Under the pieces are notes generated by a model. That model ran no database searches and was not told where the DNA came from. It saw only the letters and a program-made list of their open reading frames with translations. Below, in pieces: positions 9,693 to 18,509 of a stretch of 64,000 bases of DNA. Location: contig CAVTWJ010000014.1 of the NCBI GenBank assembly GCA_963738405.1, positions 96,001-160,000 of the forward strand. The letters are read 5' to 3'. The number at the start of each line of letters is the position of its first letter. The stretch's first letter is position 1. This stretch comes from a candidate division FCPU426 bacterium. GTDB taxonomy: Bacteria > Oederibacteriota > Muellerivitia > Muellerivitales > Muellerivitaceae. The position numbers were made by a program, and so were the translations under genes.

Positions 9693-10454
9693 TTGCCCGA
9701 GAATTCCATTCATCTCGTCGTCGGTACGCCCTGCTACGGAGGCCAAGTCACCAGCGGCTATTTTTCATCCGTCCTGAAACTCCAAGAGGTTTGCCAAAAG
9801 GAAGGCTTAGCCCTGACGTTTCTCATGCCGGACGGCGGGAATCTGATTCAAAAGGCAAGGCAGGAACTCGTCTCTTCCTTTTTGGATATACCGGGCGCTT
9901 CCCATCTTTTATTCATCGATTCCGATATTTCCTTCGAACCTGAACAGGTTTTTCGGCTTTTGGGCTTTAAGGCGGATGTTACCGCCGCAACCTACCCGCT
10001 CAAAAATATCAACTGGGATAAAGTCAGGGCCGCGGTTATGGCAGGAAACCAAAAGCTGGAATCCGCAGGCCTTCAATATGTCTTGGAAACGGCTCAACCT
10101 CTCCAGATTCTGGAAGGGTTTGTAAGGGCCCTATCAACCGGAACGGGCTTTTTACTGATCAAGCGTTCGGTTTTTGTCTCCATGATGGAACATTACCCCG
10201 AACTTCGTTATTCGACCGGGAAGGAAGGACAAGAAAGGGGGAACTCCGCTTTCGCCTTTTTCAATTGCCGTATCGACGGGGTGGATGGCCCCTACCTGAG
10301 TGAGGATTACAGTTTTTGCCGCCTTTGGACCCAAATGGGCGGGGAAATATGGGTGGATCTCGAAAGCCGTCTGACCCACCATGGCCCAACATCTTTCAAG
10401 GGAGATTTGGCATCCATTCTCCCCCCAACTCCCAAAGGGGGGAATGAGTCATGA
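9693..10454 (+). CDS. GT-A-fold glycosyltransferase-like protein (TPCYGG / YLSEDYSFC family), paralog 1
   Basis: GTPCYGG, FIDSDI (DxD), GTGFLLIKR and YLSEDYSFCRLW..GGEIWVD. Confidence 0.75.
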   Translation: MPENSIHLVVGTPCYGGQVTSGYFSSVLKLQEVCQKEGLALTFLMPDGGNLIQKARQELVSSFLDIPGASHLLFIDSDISFEPEQVFRLLGFKADVTAATYPLKNINWDKVRAAVMAGNQKLESAGLQYVLETAQPLQILEGFVRALSTGTGFLLIKRSVFVSMMEHYPELRYSTGKEGQERGNSAFAFFNCRIDGVDGPYLSEDYSFCRLWTQMGGEIWVDLESRLTHHGPTSFKGDLASILPPTPKGGNES

Positions 10455-11143
10455 CCTCCCATATCATGATTGGGACGCCCTGCATGAACGGGCAGGTTTC
10501 CAGCCGATACGCGCGATCAGTACTGAATTTTCAAAAAAACTGCGCCAGCCTCAGTGATGTTCGTTTGGCGTTGGTCGCCCATTGGGGAGATTCCTTAACC
10601 ACCAGGGCCCGACAGGGCTTGGTGACCCAGTTTCTGGGCCATCCCACTGCCACCCATCTTTTATTTATCGACGGCCATATCGGGTTTAATCCTGAACAAG
10701 TACTGAGGCTTTTAAAATTTGACGCCGATATCACCGCCGCCGCCATACCACGCCAAGACATTGAACCAAGGAACCGCGCGGAAGAAATCTCCCTTCCCGG
10801 CTCTTCCCAGTTCCATTTCGAGCCTGAAGAAACTCATCCCTTGGGAAAGAATGGTTTCGTGAAAGCCCGTTGTGTCAGTTCAGGCTTCATGCTCCTCAAG
10901 CGTGCGGCCTTGCAAACCATGGTTGAGAAATATAAGGACTTGAGATATAGAAGCGAGTTCAAAACAACTCCCGAAGACCCCCGGTATTGGAGTTACGCCC
11001 TCTTTAATTGTTTTATTGAGGAAAAAACAAAAACGTTTTTAAACGCCGATGAAAGCTTTTGCTCCCGTTGGATCTCCCTAGGCTGTGAGATTTGGGTGGA
11101 TTTGGAAAACGGACAAAAGGGCCTTGGACCAATCGTTTCTTGA
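10451..11143 (+). CDS. GT-A-fold glycosyltransferase-like protein, degenerate paralog 2
   Basis: Same scaffold, but FIDGHI replaces DxD and FLNADESFC replaces YLSEDYSFC; ATGA overlap with paralog 1. Confidence 0.7.
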   Translation: MTSHIMIGTPCMNGQVSSRYARSVLNFQKNCASLSDVRLALVAHWGDSLTTRARQGLVTQFLGHPTATHLLFIDGHIGFNPEQVLRLLKFDADITAAAIPRQDIEPRNRAEEISLPGSSQFHFEPEETHPLGKNGFVKARCVSSGFMLLKRAALQTMVEKYKDLRYRSEFKTTPEDPRYWSYALFNCFIEEKTKTFLNADESFCSRWISLGCEIWVDLENGQKGLGPIVS

Positions 11144-11303
11144 ATATATCTTTACAGTTCTTTCGGCAGCGCCCCGGCACTAGCCTTCCCTTCCTAAAAG
11201 TCTTGAAAACCATGTCTTATCAATTGTTTTCGTTGAAACCTTTTTTTCATCCCTTCCGTCCAACTTGATGTAGTGGGTCTTTTTAAAAACCAGGAGGAGA
11301 GCA

Positions 11304-11720
11304 ATGAACAAGTCACTCGTCGTATTAAGCGCGTTGTTTCTGTTGGGCACCACGGGTCTTGGCCTGGCCCAGGATGCCGGCGGAAAAAATCCGAAGATGA
11401 GCCCGAAGGCCCGTTTGAAACGGCAGCACCGGCGCATCAAAGAGGGCGTGAAGGATGGGACCATTACCCCGGCCGAGCACAAGCAATTGGCCCAAGAGGG
11501 TAAGGATATCAACCAGGAACGCAAAGCGGACCTAGCCAAGGACGGCGGGAAGTTGACCGACGCGGACCGCCAAAACCTGGAATCCCAGGAAAATCTCCGC
11601 TCCAAGGAGATCAACCAGGATAAGCATCCCGATGGCGGCAGCACGGGTTCCACCGGAAGCACCGGGTCCACCAGTGGTTCGACTGGTTCTTCGACCGGCT
11701 CCACCAGCACCGGAAATTAA
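11304..11720 (+). CDS. Secreted helical protein with a Gly/Ser/Thr tail
   Basis: AGGAGG RBS, signal peptide ending GLA-Q, RIKEGVKDGTIT..E and DGGKLT..DR motifs, GSTGST tail. Confidence 0.8.
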   Translation: MNKSLVVLSALFLLGTTGLGLAQDAGGKNPKMSPKARLKRQHRRIKEGVKDGTITPAEHKQLAQEGKDINQERKADLAKDGGKLTDADRQNLESQENLRSKEINQDKHPDGGSTGSTGSTGSTSGSTGSSTGSTSTGN

Positions 11721-11744
11721 GTCTAAAAAAAACAGGTTTATATA

Positions 11745-11783
11745 AAAAGGACATTTCCCGCGTGGGAAACGTCCTTTTTATTT
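11745..11783. terminator. Bidirectional terminator
   Basis: aaaaaggacatttccc-gcgt-gggaaacgtccttttt. Confidence 0.75.
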
Positions 11784-11823
11784 TCGCAAGTCCTCCCCGC
11801 TTTTCAGACGGGTCAAATCTTCT

Positions 11824-12132
11824 TTAAGCGTATTTTCCGGCGTGGGTCCCTTTCGGAGGAACCGGATGCGGCCTCTTGACGAGCACGCCCTGCCCCCTCG
11901 CGCCTGCCCCAAAATCACCCACACCGTTCAACTGGCAGAATTCCCTTTCGCTGAACTGCAGGTATTCCCAATCCCGGCTGGCCGAGCCCCGATGGCCGCA
12001 AGTCACACAGCAATAGTCGAACTCTACCTGTTGCTTGCCTTTTACCTTACGCTCCAAGACACGGCAGTCCGTCATTCGTACATGTTCCTGGCATTCGCTA
12101 CAAAAGATGGATTCGGGGTATTTGGTTTTCAT
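11824..12132 (-). CDS. Small Cys-rich (zinc-finger-like) protein
   Basis: CSEC and CCVTC motifs; ATGA overlap with the upstream gene. Confidence 0.55.
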   Translation of the reverse strand: MKTKYPESIFCSECQEHVRMTDCRVLERKVKGKQQVEFDYCCVTCGHRGSASRDWEYLQFSEREFCQLNGVGDFGAGARGQGVLVKRPHPVPPKGTHAGKYA

Positions 12133-12431
12133 TGGATGGCTCCTAAAGGGATCTTTTCAATAACAGGGGCGGTAACGGCCCATCGCTTGAGCGCATAAAC
12201 TTGGTTCGCCAGTTGGAGGGCCAGGAACCGTGGAAACTGCATCTCGATCATTTTCACCCGCACCGTCTCATGCATCTTTTCAACGGTCATCTGCAAATCG
12301 GTAAAGGCTCCCAATTGGTAACAGCGCCGGCAATAGGAATCCGATATGACGCCGTTTCTTTCCCTGCCCTTCTCCGCGTCCTTGCGCAGAGGAGAACCAC
12401 AGCTTTGGCAAACCGTCTTAACGACTCTCAT
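12129..12431 (-). CDS. Zinc-ribbon domain protein (Zn_ribbon_2-like)
   Basis: CQSCGSPL..YCRRCY..GAFT..MT.E.M and LKRW pattern. Confidence 0.8.
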   Translation of the reverse strand: MRVVKTVCQSCGSPLRKDAEKGRERNGVISDSYCRRCYQLGAFTDLQMTVEKMHETVRVKMIEMQFPRFLALQLANQVYALKRWAVTAPVIEKIPLGAIQ

Positions 12432-12930
12432 AATATCCCCATTTTCTCTGGTAAAACTCGTCGGGCTTACAGGCCCGGTCGAAACCTTGTGTCTTGCGTT
12501 TTTGCGTCATCGGGTTTACTCGAGGCGAGGGGTTCTAGTGGAATCAAAACAGCTCGTGGCGAATAGGCCTTCTACCACTATAGGGCTTATCGCCGTGAAA
12601 AGCAGGGTTATCTCCGAAATGATGAAAAACCTGCTAAAAGAGCCCGTTCCTGGTTCAGCCGACCCCATACCTGGTAGGCCCGTCAATTTAGGCCCACGAA
12701 ATCATATCTATTCGTCCCCAACCTCCCTACCATGTGCCCTCATCATTCAACAACGGTTCTGCCGTTGATCCAAGTTTGGAGGCTTCAATTGACTAAGAAA
12801 AAAGGTCCGAAAAAGGCCAAAACTTTGTTTTCAGTGGCGAGAATCGCGAGAAAAAAAACCAGGCATTTGAAAACTACCGCGCCAACCGAAACCGCCCCAA
12901 AGTCATAAGCAAAAAAATCGAGTCTAAAAT

Positions 12931-12965
12931 AAAAAAGGCCGGGGATCATGTGATCCCCGGCCTTT
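12931..12965 (-). terminator. Intrinsic terminator
   Basis: aaaggccggggatca-tg-tgatccccggccttt with an A-run; lies downstream of 12982. Confidence 0.85.
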
Positions 12966-12981
12966 AAAGTTTAAAACCTTC

Positions 12982-14256
12982 TTAGAACTTATACTTCAAG
13001 TCCGCCTCGCCGACCGTCAACATGTTCCCCGCAGTGAACAAGCCCTGGCCGGGATTGACGTTGTTGATCGCGTTATCCAAGGAACTCACGTTGACCTTAA
13101 GGTCTAAAGTGAGATTCTCGAAGTTGATGCCGGCGCCTGTGGAAAAGGCAACGGTGTCGATGTTTTGATTGTTGAAATAGAAGTTTCCGTTGCCCGGTAT
13201 AAAAATGGCTCCCCAATCGCGGGCAAAAAGCGGAAACTCCACCCCCGTCCTTAAGGTCAACCAGTCGGATACTTCCGCCTCGGCCCCAAGATTCCAGAGA
13301 GCGTCCCAGGAGTCTTGAACTTGACCATTCGTAATATCCAATTCCTTGGCTCCGTAATAATCCAAGATCAAACCGCTGGTAAGGGTGGCCTTGCCGTCAA
13401 ACACCGTCTGGTTAAAGGCCGCGCCCAAATCGATGTTTTTCTGTTCGTAATCAAGTTCGATCGGCGCAAACCAGAATACCCATTTGTATTCATCAAATTT
13501 GACATCGCCGAACAAGCGAAGATTTGTATCCTTGGCCACGGTGTAATCCATTAAAGTCCCGAGTCTCAAGGACTGCACCCCTTGGTTTTCAACCGCGGGG
13601 ATCGTACCCAAAAAATACGGGTAACGGTCCGATGTGAAAAAGTTCACATCATAGTCCACGTGGAAATTGGCTTGCTTGAAGCCGGCCCAATCCGTCAAAC
13701 CGGCGCCGAGAGAAAAACCCCAGTTTTCGGATTGAATGTTATTTCCGAAAGGTCCGCCGCCAATGTTGGTGAGGAAATCCTCGTCGTAGGTTATACGGCC
13801 GCCCAAATTCACATCGCCAAATTTATTGGCGTAAAAGGCGTCAATCGCGTTATTGGTGGTACCGGGACCAAAGATAGGGGTAGATCCGAAAAAGTAACTG
13901 CCCAGTGAGGACCAATAGGAGGTCATCAAGGGGAGGGGTGTGATAAAGAGGTTCATCGCGTCGTTGTATTGAACCTTGGGCCGGTTTACATAAACACCCC
14001 AAACGCCCAAATTGTCGCTCATGCCGACAATGGCTCCGCCCCACTCACTGGTGCCGCCGCCCGTCAGGTTACCCAACCTGAAATCAACTGTGTTTTTGTA
14101 ATCCATCACCATGTTGGGATAGATCCAAATCAAGTCGATATCATTGATTTCCCGCACATCCATCGACATCGAATCCACGCGGGTATCGGCCAGGGCCTTC
14201 AGGGAAAAGCCCCAAACCATCAACCCCATCATCAAAAACAAGAAACCTTTCTTCAT
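12982..14256 (-). CDS. Outer-membrane beta-barrel protein
   Basis: Start MKKGFLFL after AAGGAGAG, signal peptide ALA-D, amphipathic strands, C-terminal LKYKF. Confidence 0.8.
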   Translation of the reverse strand: MKKGFLFLMMGLMVWGFSLKALADTRVDSMSMDVREINDIDLIWIYPNMVMDYKNTVDFRLGNLTGGGTSEWGGAIVGMSDNLGVWGVYVNRPKVQYNDAMNLFITPLPLMTSYWSSLGSYFFGSTPIFGPGTTNNAIDAFYANKFGDVNLGGRITYDEDFLTNIGGGPFGNNIQSENWGFSLGAGLTDWAGFKQANFHVDYDVNFFTSDRYPYFLGTIPAVENQGVQSLRLGTLMDYTVAKDTNLRLFGDVKFDEYKWVFWFAPIELDYEQKNIDLGAAFNQTVFDGKATLTSGLILDYYGAKELDITNGQVQDSWDALWNLGAEAEVSDWLTLRTGVEFPLFARDWGAIFIPGNGNFYFNNQNIDTVAFSTGAGINFENLTLDLKVNVSSLDNAINNVNPGQGLFTAGNMLTVGEADLKYKF

Positions 14257-14555
14257 TCTCTCTCTCCTTGAACTTGAGTAAGGCCGACATTTCTCAGGAA
14301 AATGCCGTTCCTTAAAACCAAATCTCTCCAAAACTTTCAAACGGCCGGCCCTTGGGGCCAAACCATTGGCCAAAATCGTTGTACTATCCATAAACCCGGC
14401 TGGTATTAACTCTTTCCAAATACCCCCTACCAGCTGTGGGTTCCAAACGGCAGATATCATATCCAAAAAAAGGAGTGTAGTTAAACGAAAAACGATCTTT
14501 TAGCCCCTTTTTTGGGCAAAAGCACAACTTTATTGTCATTTTTAAGAGTTTTAAC

Positions 14556-15005
14556 TTAGTAAGTCTTCTGAAGTTCGATCAAAACCTTGGTTATCGTGGT
14601 TACGATCTCTTCGGGCTTTCCCCCAGCCGGATCGATGGTGCAAAGAGGGGTCAACCCCGCCGGGGAAAGAACGGCGATGTTGTAGCGGCTCCCCGCCCCC
14701 AAATCACTGAAATATTCAGGAATAGCGTCATCCTTCATGAAAAGCCCAAAGTAATAACTGTGAAGCAGTTCCCGAAGCTTGGCGTTCTTGGGCATTTCCT
14801 CCAAAACAGCCTTCAAGAAAGGCCAAACCAGGCCATCCGTGTTTGCGACAAAAAGCAGGACTGGGCGACCCTTCTCTTGAATCAGTTTAGCGGTCTCATC
14901 ACTCCATCCCCGCCAAAGGATGCCATCCTTGGGATATTGGTAGTCCTCGACGAACTTTGGGGGCTTGGAGCCAAAAAGCCTTTTAAAAAAATCCATGAAC
15001 GGCAT
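14556..15005 (-). CDS. DUF255/YyaL-N-like thioredoxin-fold protein lacking CxxC
   Basis: I.WRGWSDE....Q..GRPVLL resembles the YyaL N-terminus; no CxxC. Confidence 0.55.
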   Translation of the reverse strand: MPFMDFFKRLFGSKPPKFVEDYQYPKDGILWRGWSDETAKLIQEKGRPVLLFVANTDGLVWPFLKAVLEEMPKNAKLRELLHSYYFGLFMKDDAIPEYFSDLGAGSRYNIAVLSPAGLTPLCTIDPAGGKPEEIVTTITKVLIELQKTY

Positions 15006-15091
15006 AAGACCCCTTTAAGGAACTGCTTCTACAGCCACCCTATCAAAGTGAGTTTTCTCAAATAGGGAACTTCATATTCATAAGGTCTTCG

Positions 15092-15289
15092 TCAATAACG
15101 AAGCTTCCCTCTTCTCTCAACTACCACACCTTGAAGGATAAAATCCTTTTTGGGATGGTCCGATTCACTGAGCGCTTTAAAGGTTTCCTTACTCATCACA
15201 ATCCCAATTCCGTTGAGACGCCATTTTTGAAGCTTGGACTCAGCCTTCAAAAGATCATCCAACAGCTCCTTGGCCAATTTTTTGGTCAT
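15092..15289 (-). CDS. Small hypothetical protein
   Basis: 65-aa ORF MTKKLAKELL...; same strand as its neighbours. Confidence 0.4.
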   Translation of the reverse strand: MTKKLAKELLDDLLKAESKLQKWRLNGIGIVMSKETFKALSESDHPKKDFILQGVVVERRGKLRY

Positions 15290-15437
15290 TTCCACGGCGC
15301 ACCCCCATAAATTTGTGACTTTAAAGCCATTCTCCCTTACATTGAAGCCCCTACAACCGCAAATCACATGATAAACCGTGGTAATATTAAACCCTAATGT
15401 CAGGCCCGTTGCCTATTTTAAATTTTAATAGGATCTC

Positions 15438-18278
15438 ATGAACCTCCGATTCCAACTCAACGCCCTGATACTCCTGGTATTGTCTTTCTTTTGGCTCTCA
15501 GGTTTCGGACCCTTTTCTTCTAAGACGGCTTCCACAGGCAACCACCCTAAAAGCTTCCCGCCAGCTGCCTACCGCCCCGTCCACCTGGCCGAAAACTTTG
15601 GAAATCTTCCCCTGGCCTTCGAACCCAATCAGGGCCAAACCGACTCCCAGGTCAAGTTTCTGGCCCACGGAAGGGGTTATTCATTGTTTGTTACGGACCA
15701 AGAGGCTGTTTTGGTCTTAAAAAAATCCTCTTTGGCTCCCTCAAATCGGTTTTTGGCAAAGGGAACGAAAAATTACCCCTCCCCTTCGGTTACCTCAGGC
15801 CCTTCCACCCTCACGGTCATCCGAATGAAGGTTGAAGGCGCCCAATCCGGCAACCTATATGAAGGAATGGAAAAACTTCCCGGTATCAGCAATTATTTTG
15901 TCGGTAAGGACCCGTCCAAGTGGCGCAAGGGCATTCCCCAATACGGCCGGGTGCAAACCGCAGAGGTTTACCCGGGGGTGGACCTGGCCTATTACGGCAA
16001 TCAGGGCCAATTGGAATACGACTTTACGGTCAAGCCAGGGGCTAATCCAAAAGCGGTGCGGTTGTCTTTTACGGGCTCCAAGTCGGTGAAGGTCACTCCC
16101 CAGGGGGATTTGGAACTTGAAACCAGCCAAGGCACCCTCCATTTCCGGGCGCCTTCGGTTTACCAAGGGTCCAAAGAATCCAAAACTCCGGTGGAAGGCC
16201 GATATCTGCTTGGGGAAGACGGAAAAATAGGCTTTGAGGTCAAAAATTACGACCGCACTCAAAATCTTGTCATCGATCCGGTGCTGGATTACTCATCCTT
16301 TTTGGGAGGTACAGGAAAAGATTTAGCCTCCGCCATCGCCTTGGATTCGTCGGGCGACGCCTACACCACCGGCTATACGCAATCGGGCGATTTCCCCGTG
16401 ACCAACGCGGGCGACCCCTTTTTCGGGGGCACTCAAAACGCCTTCGTGGCCGAGATGAACCCCGCTGGGACAGCCTTCCTCTATGTCACCTACCTGGGCG
16501 GAACCGGCACGGATTCCGGCACCGGCATCGCGGTGGATTCTTCCGGGGACGCCTTTATCACCGGCACCACCAACTCGGCCAACTTCCCCATTACCGGAAA
16601 CGCCTATCAACTCGCCGACTCCGACCCCTATGGCACCGTCTTCGTGACCGAGCTGGGTCCCGGCGGAAGCTCTCTTATCTATTCCACCTTCCTGGGGGGA
16701 ACGGGCAACGGGGGTTATGGTTTGGGTGATTATTCTGGGGGCATCGCACTGGACGCTTCCGGAGATATCTACCTTTGCGGCAGCACCGCCTCCGCCGACT
16801 TTCCCCTCCAAAGCCCCTACCAAGGCGCCATCGGGGTCGGGGCGGCGCTGAACATCTTCGTCACCAAAATGAACCCGTCGGGTTCGGCCCTGCTTTTTTC
16901 CACGTACCTGGGGGGCAGTTATTACGACGCGGGTTACGGCCTCGCGCTGGATTCCGGGGGAGACGCCTATGTGACGGGGTTTACCTATTCCCCCAATTTC
17001 CCGCTCATGAACCCCGCGCAATACAATTTCGGCGGTTCGGGAGGCTTCACGCTCTACAGTACCCAAAACGCCGTCGCCGCGGAATTCAACTCCACCGGCT
17101 CCACGCTGGTCTATTCCACCTTCCTGGGCGGTTCCAACGTGGATAGGGGCTATGGGATCGCGGCGGATGGTTTGGGGGACACCTATGTGACGGGCCAAAC
17201 CTCCTCCCCCACCTTTCCCACCCAAAACGCCTATCAGGGCACGCTTAGCAACTCGATCAACAACGTCTTTGTGAGCGAAATCCAGCCCGGAGGCGGGGCT
17301 TTTGTTTATTCCACCTTCCTGGGCGGAAGCGGAAACGGAAGCCTGGGGGATTCGGGGTCGGCCATCGCGGTGGACAGCCAGGGATACGCCTATGTGACGG
17401 GTTACACCGCCTCCCCGGACTTTCCCCAGGTCAACAGCCTCCAAACCGACTTAAACGGAAACGGAACCGCCTTCATCGCCCAGTTCAATCCCCAGGGCGC
17501 GGGCCTTCAATACTCGACCTTCCTGGGGGGCAATACCTTCGAGCAGGGCACGGGCATCGCGGTGGACAATTTCGGCAACGCCTATGTCGCGGGTTATACC
17601 TGGTCCCCGGATTTTCCAACGACGGTCACCCCTCCTTATAATGTTCTTGCGGGGCAAGACGATACTTTTATCGCCAAGATTTCCCAGCCCCTCCCCCCTA
17701 CGGCCACCCCCACCTTTACGGTGACCGACACACCGACGGTCACACCCACCTTTACGGAAACCCTAACTTTCACCGACACTCCCACCTCAACCCCTACCTT
17801 CACGCCGACCCTTACGGATACCCTTACCCCTACCTTTACCCCCAGCTTTACCCCAACCGTTACTCCCACCAACACCCCAACCCAAACCCCCACAGTCACT
17901 ATGACCAACACTTCCACGCTGACCGCGACCATTACCTTCACACCCACCATTACCAGCACCGCCACCACCACCCCCACGCCGGTGGTCCTCACCGTCTCCA
18001 TCGGCGCGCCCTACCCCAACCCGGTTACCGGCAAGGGGCCGATCTTGATTCCCATCCAGTCGCCCGGCGGTTCCACCGTGCAAATCACCGTCTTCACCCT
18101 TGCCTTTAGGAAAATTTACGAAAAGAGCTACCCCATCCCCGGCCAAGAGGGACTCTTTCCCTGGAACCTGGTGGATGGCTACGGAAGGCCCCTCTCCAAC
18201 GGGCTTTATTATGTAAGGGTGCAGGTCTTAGGGCCGGTGAACGCCACGGCGATTAAGAAGATCCTCGTCATTCGATAA
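15438..18278 (+). CDS. Secreted SBBP beta-propeller protein with a Thr/Pro linker and a PYPNP FlgD-Ig/T9SS-like C-terminal domain
   Basis: FEPNQGQ..VKF N-domain, [15 protein letters not shown], seven IA.D..G.AYVTG.T.S.DFP repeats, TPTFT repeats, PYPNP...NGLYYVRV. Confidence 0.9.
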   Translation: MNLRFQLNALILLVLSFFWLSGFGPFSSKTASTGNHPKSFPPAAYRPVHLAENFGNLPLAFEPNQGQTDSQVKFLAHGRGYSLFVTDQEAVLVLKKSSLAPSNRFLAKGTKNYPSPSVTSGPSTLTVIRMKVEGAQSGNLYEGMEKLPGISNYFVGKDPSKWRKGIPQYGRVQTAEVYPGVDLAYYGNQGQLEYDFTVKPGANPKAVRLSFTGSKSVKVTPQGDLELETSQGTLHFRAPSVYQGSKESKTPVEGRYLLGEDGKIGFEVKNYDRTQNLVIDPVLDYSSFLGGTGKDLASAIALDSSGDAYTTGYTQSGDFPVTNAGDPFFGGTQNAFVAEMNPAGTAFLYVTYLGGTGTDSGTGIAVDSSGDAFITGTTNSANFPITGNAYQLADSDPYGTVFVTELGPGGSSLIYSTFLGGTGNGGYGLGDYSGGIALDASGDIYLCGSTASADFPLQSPYQGAIGVGAALNIFVTKMNPSGSALLFSTYLGGSYYDAGYGLALDSGGDAYVTGFTYSPNFPLMNPAQYNFGGSGGFTLYSTQNAVAAEFNSTGSTLVYSTFLGGSNVDRGYGIAADGLGDTYVTGQTSSPTFPTQNAYQGTLSNSINNVFVSEIQPGGGAFVYSTFLGGSGNGSLGDSGSAIAVDSQGYAYVTGYTASPDFPQVNSLQTDLNGNGTAFIAQFNPQGAGLQYSTFLGGNTFEQGTGIAVDNFGNAYVAGYTWSPDFPTTVTPPYNVLAGQDDTFIAKISQPLPPTATPTFTVTDTPTVTPTFTETLTFTDTPTSTPTFTPTLTDTLTPTFTPSFTPTVTPTNTPTQTPTVTMTNTSTLTATITFTPTITSTATTTPTPVVLTVSIGAPYPNPVTGKGPILIPIQSPGGSTVQITVFTLAFRKIYEKSYPIPGQEGLFPWNLVDGYGRPLSNGLYYVRVQVLGPVNATAIKKILVIR
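17695..17980 (+). repeat. Thr/Pro-rich low-complexity linker (TPT.T repeats)
   Basis: [21 protein letters not shown]... coding repeats. Confidence 0.85.
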
Positions 18279-18447
18279 AACATCAGTACCAAGCTTCCCT
18301 ACCAATGAATTTCAACCTATTCCATTTTAAAATAACGGAATTACCCTGGCGGAGTCCCAAGCTACGAAATAAAACGGTCAAAACCCATTAGCCACATATC
18401 CCATTCATCCCATGCATCTGTGGCTAAAGAACATTAACTCTAAAAAC

Positions 18448-18481
18448 AAAAAAGCCCGGGATTTCGTCCCAGGCTTTTTTG
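18448..18481. terminator. Bidirectional terminator
   Basis: aaaaaagcccggga-tttcg-tcccaggctttttt between convergent genes. Confidence 0.8.
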
Positions 18482-18509
18482 TTAAATTGAGAAGATTAAG
18501 CGGTTAAGG

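Noticed and set aside
14257..14466. N-terminal extension of the outer-membrane protein ORF
   Set aside because: The RBS and signal peptide place the start at 14256.
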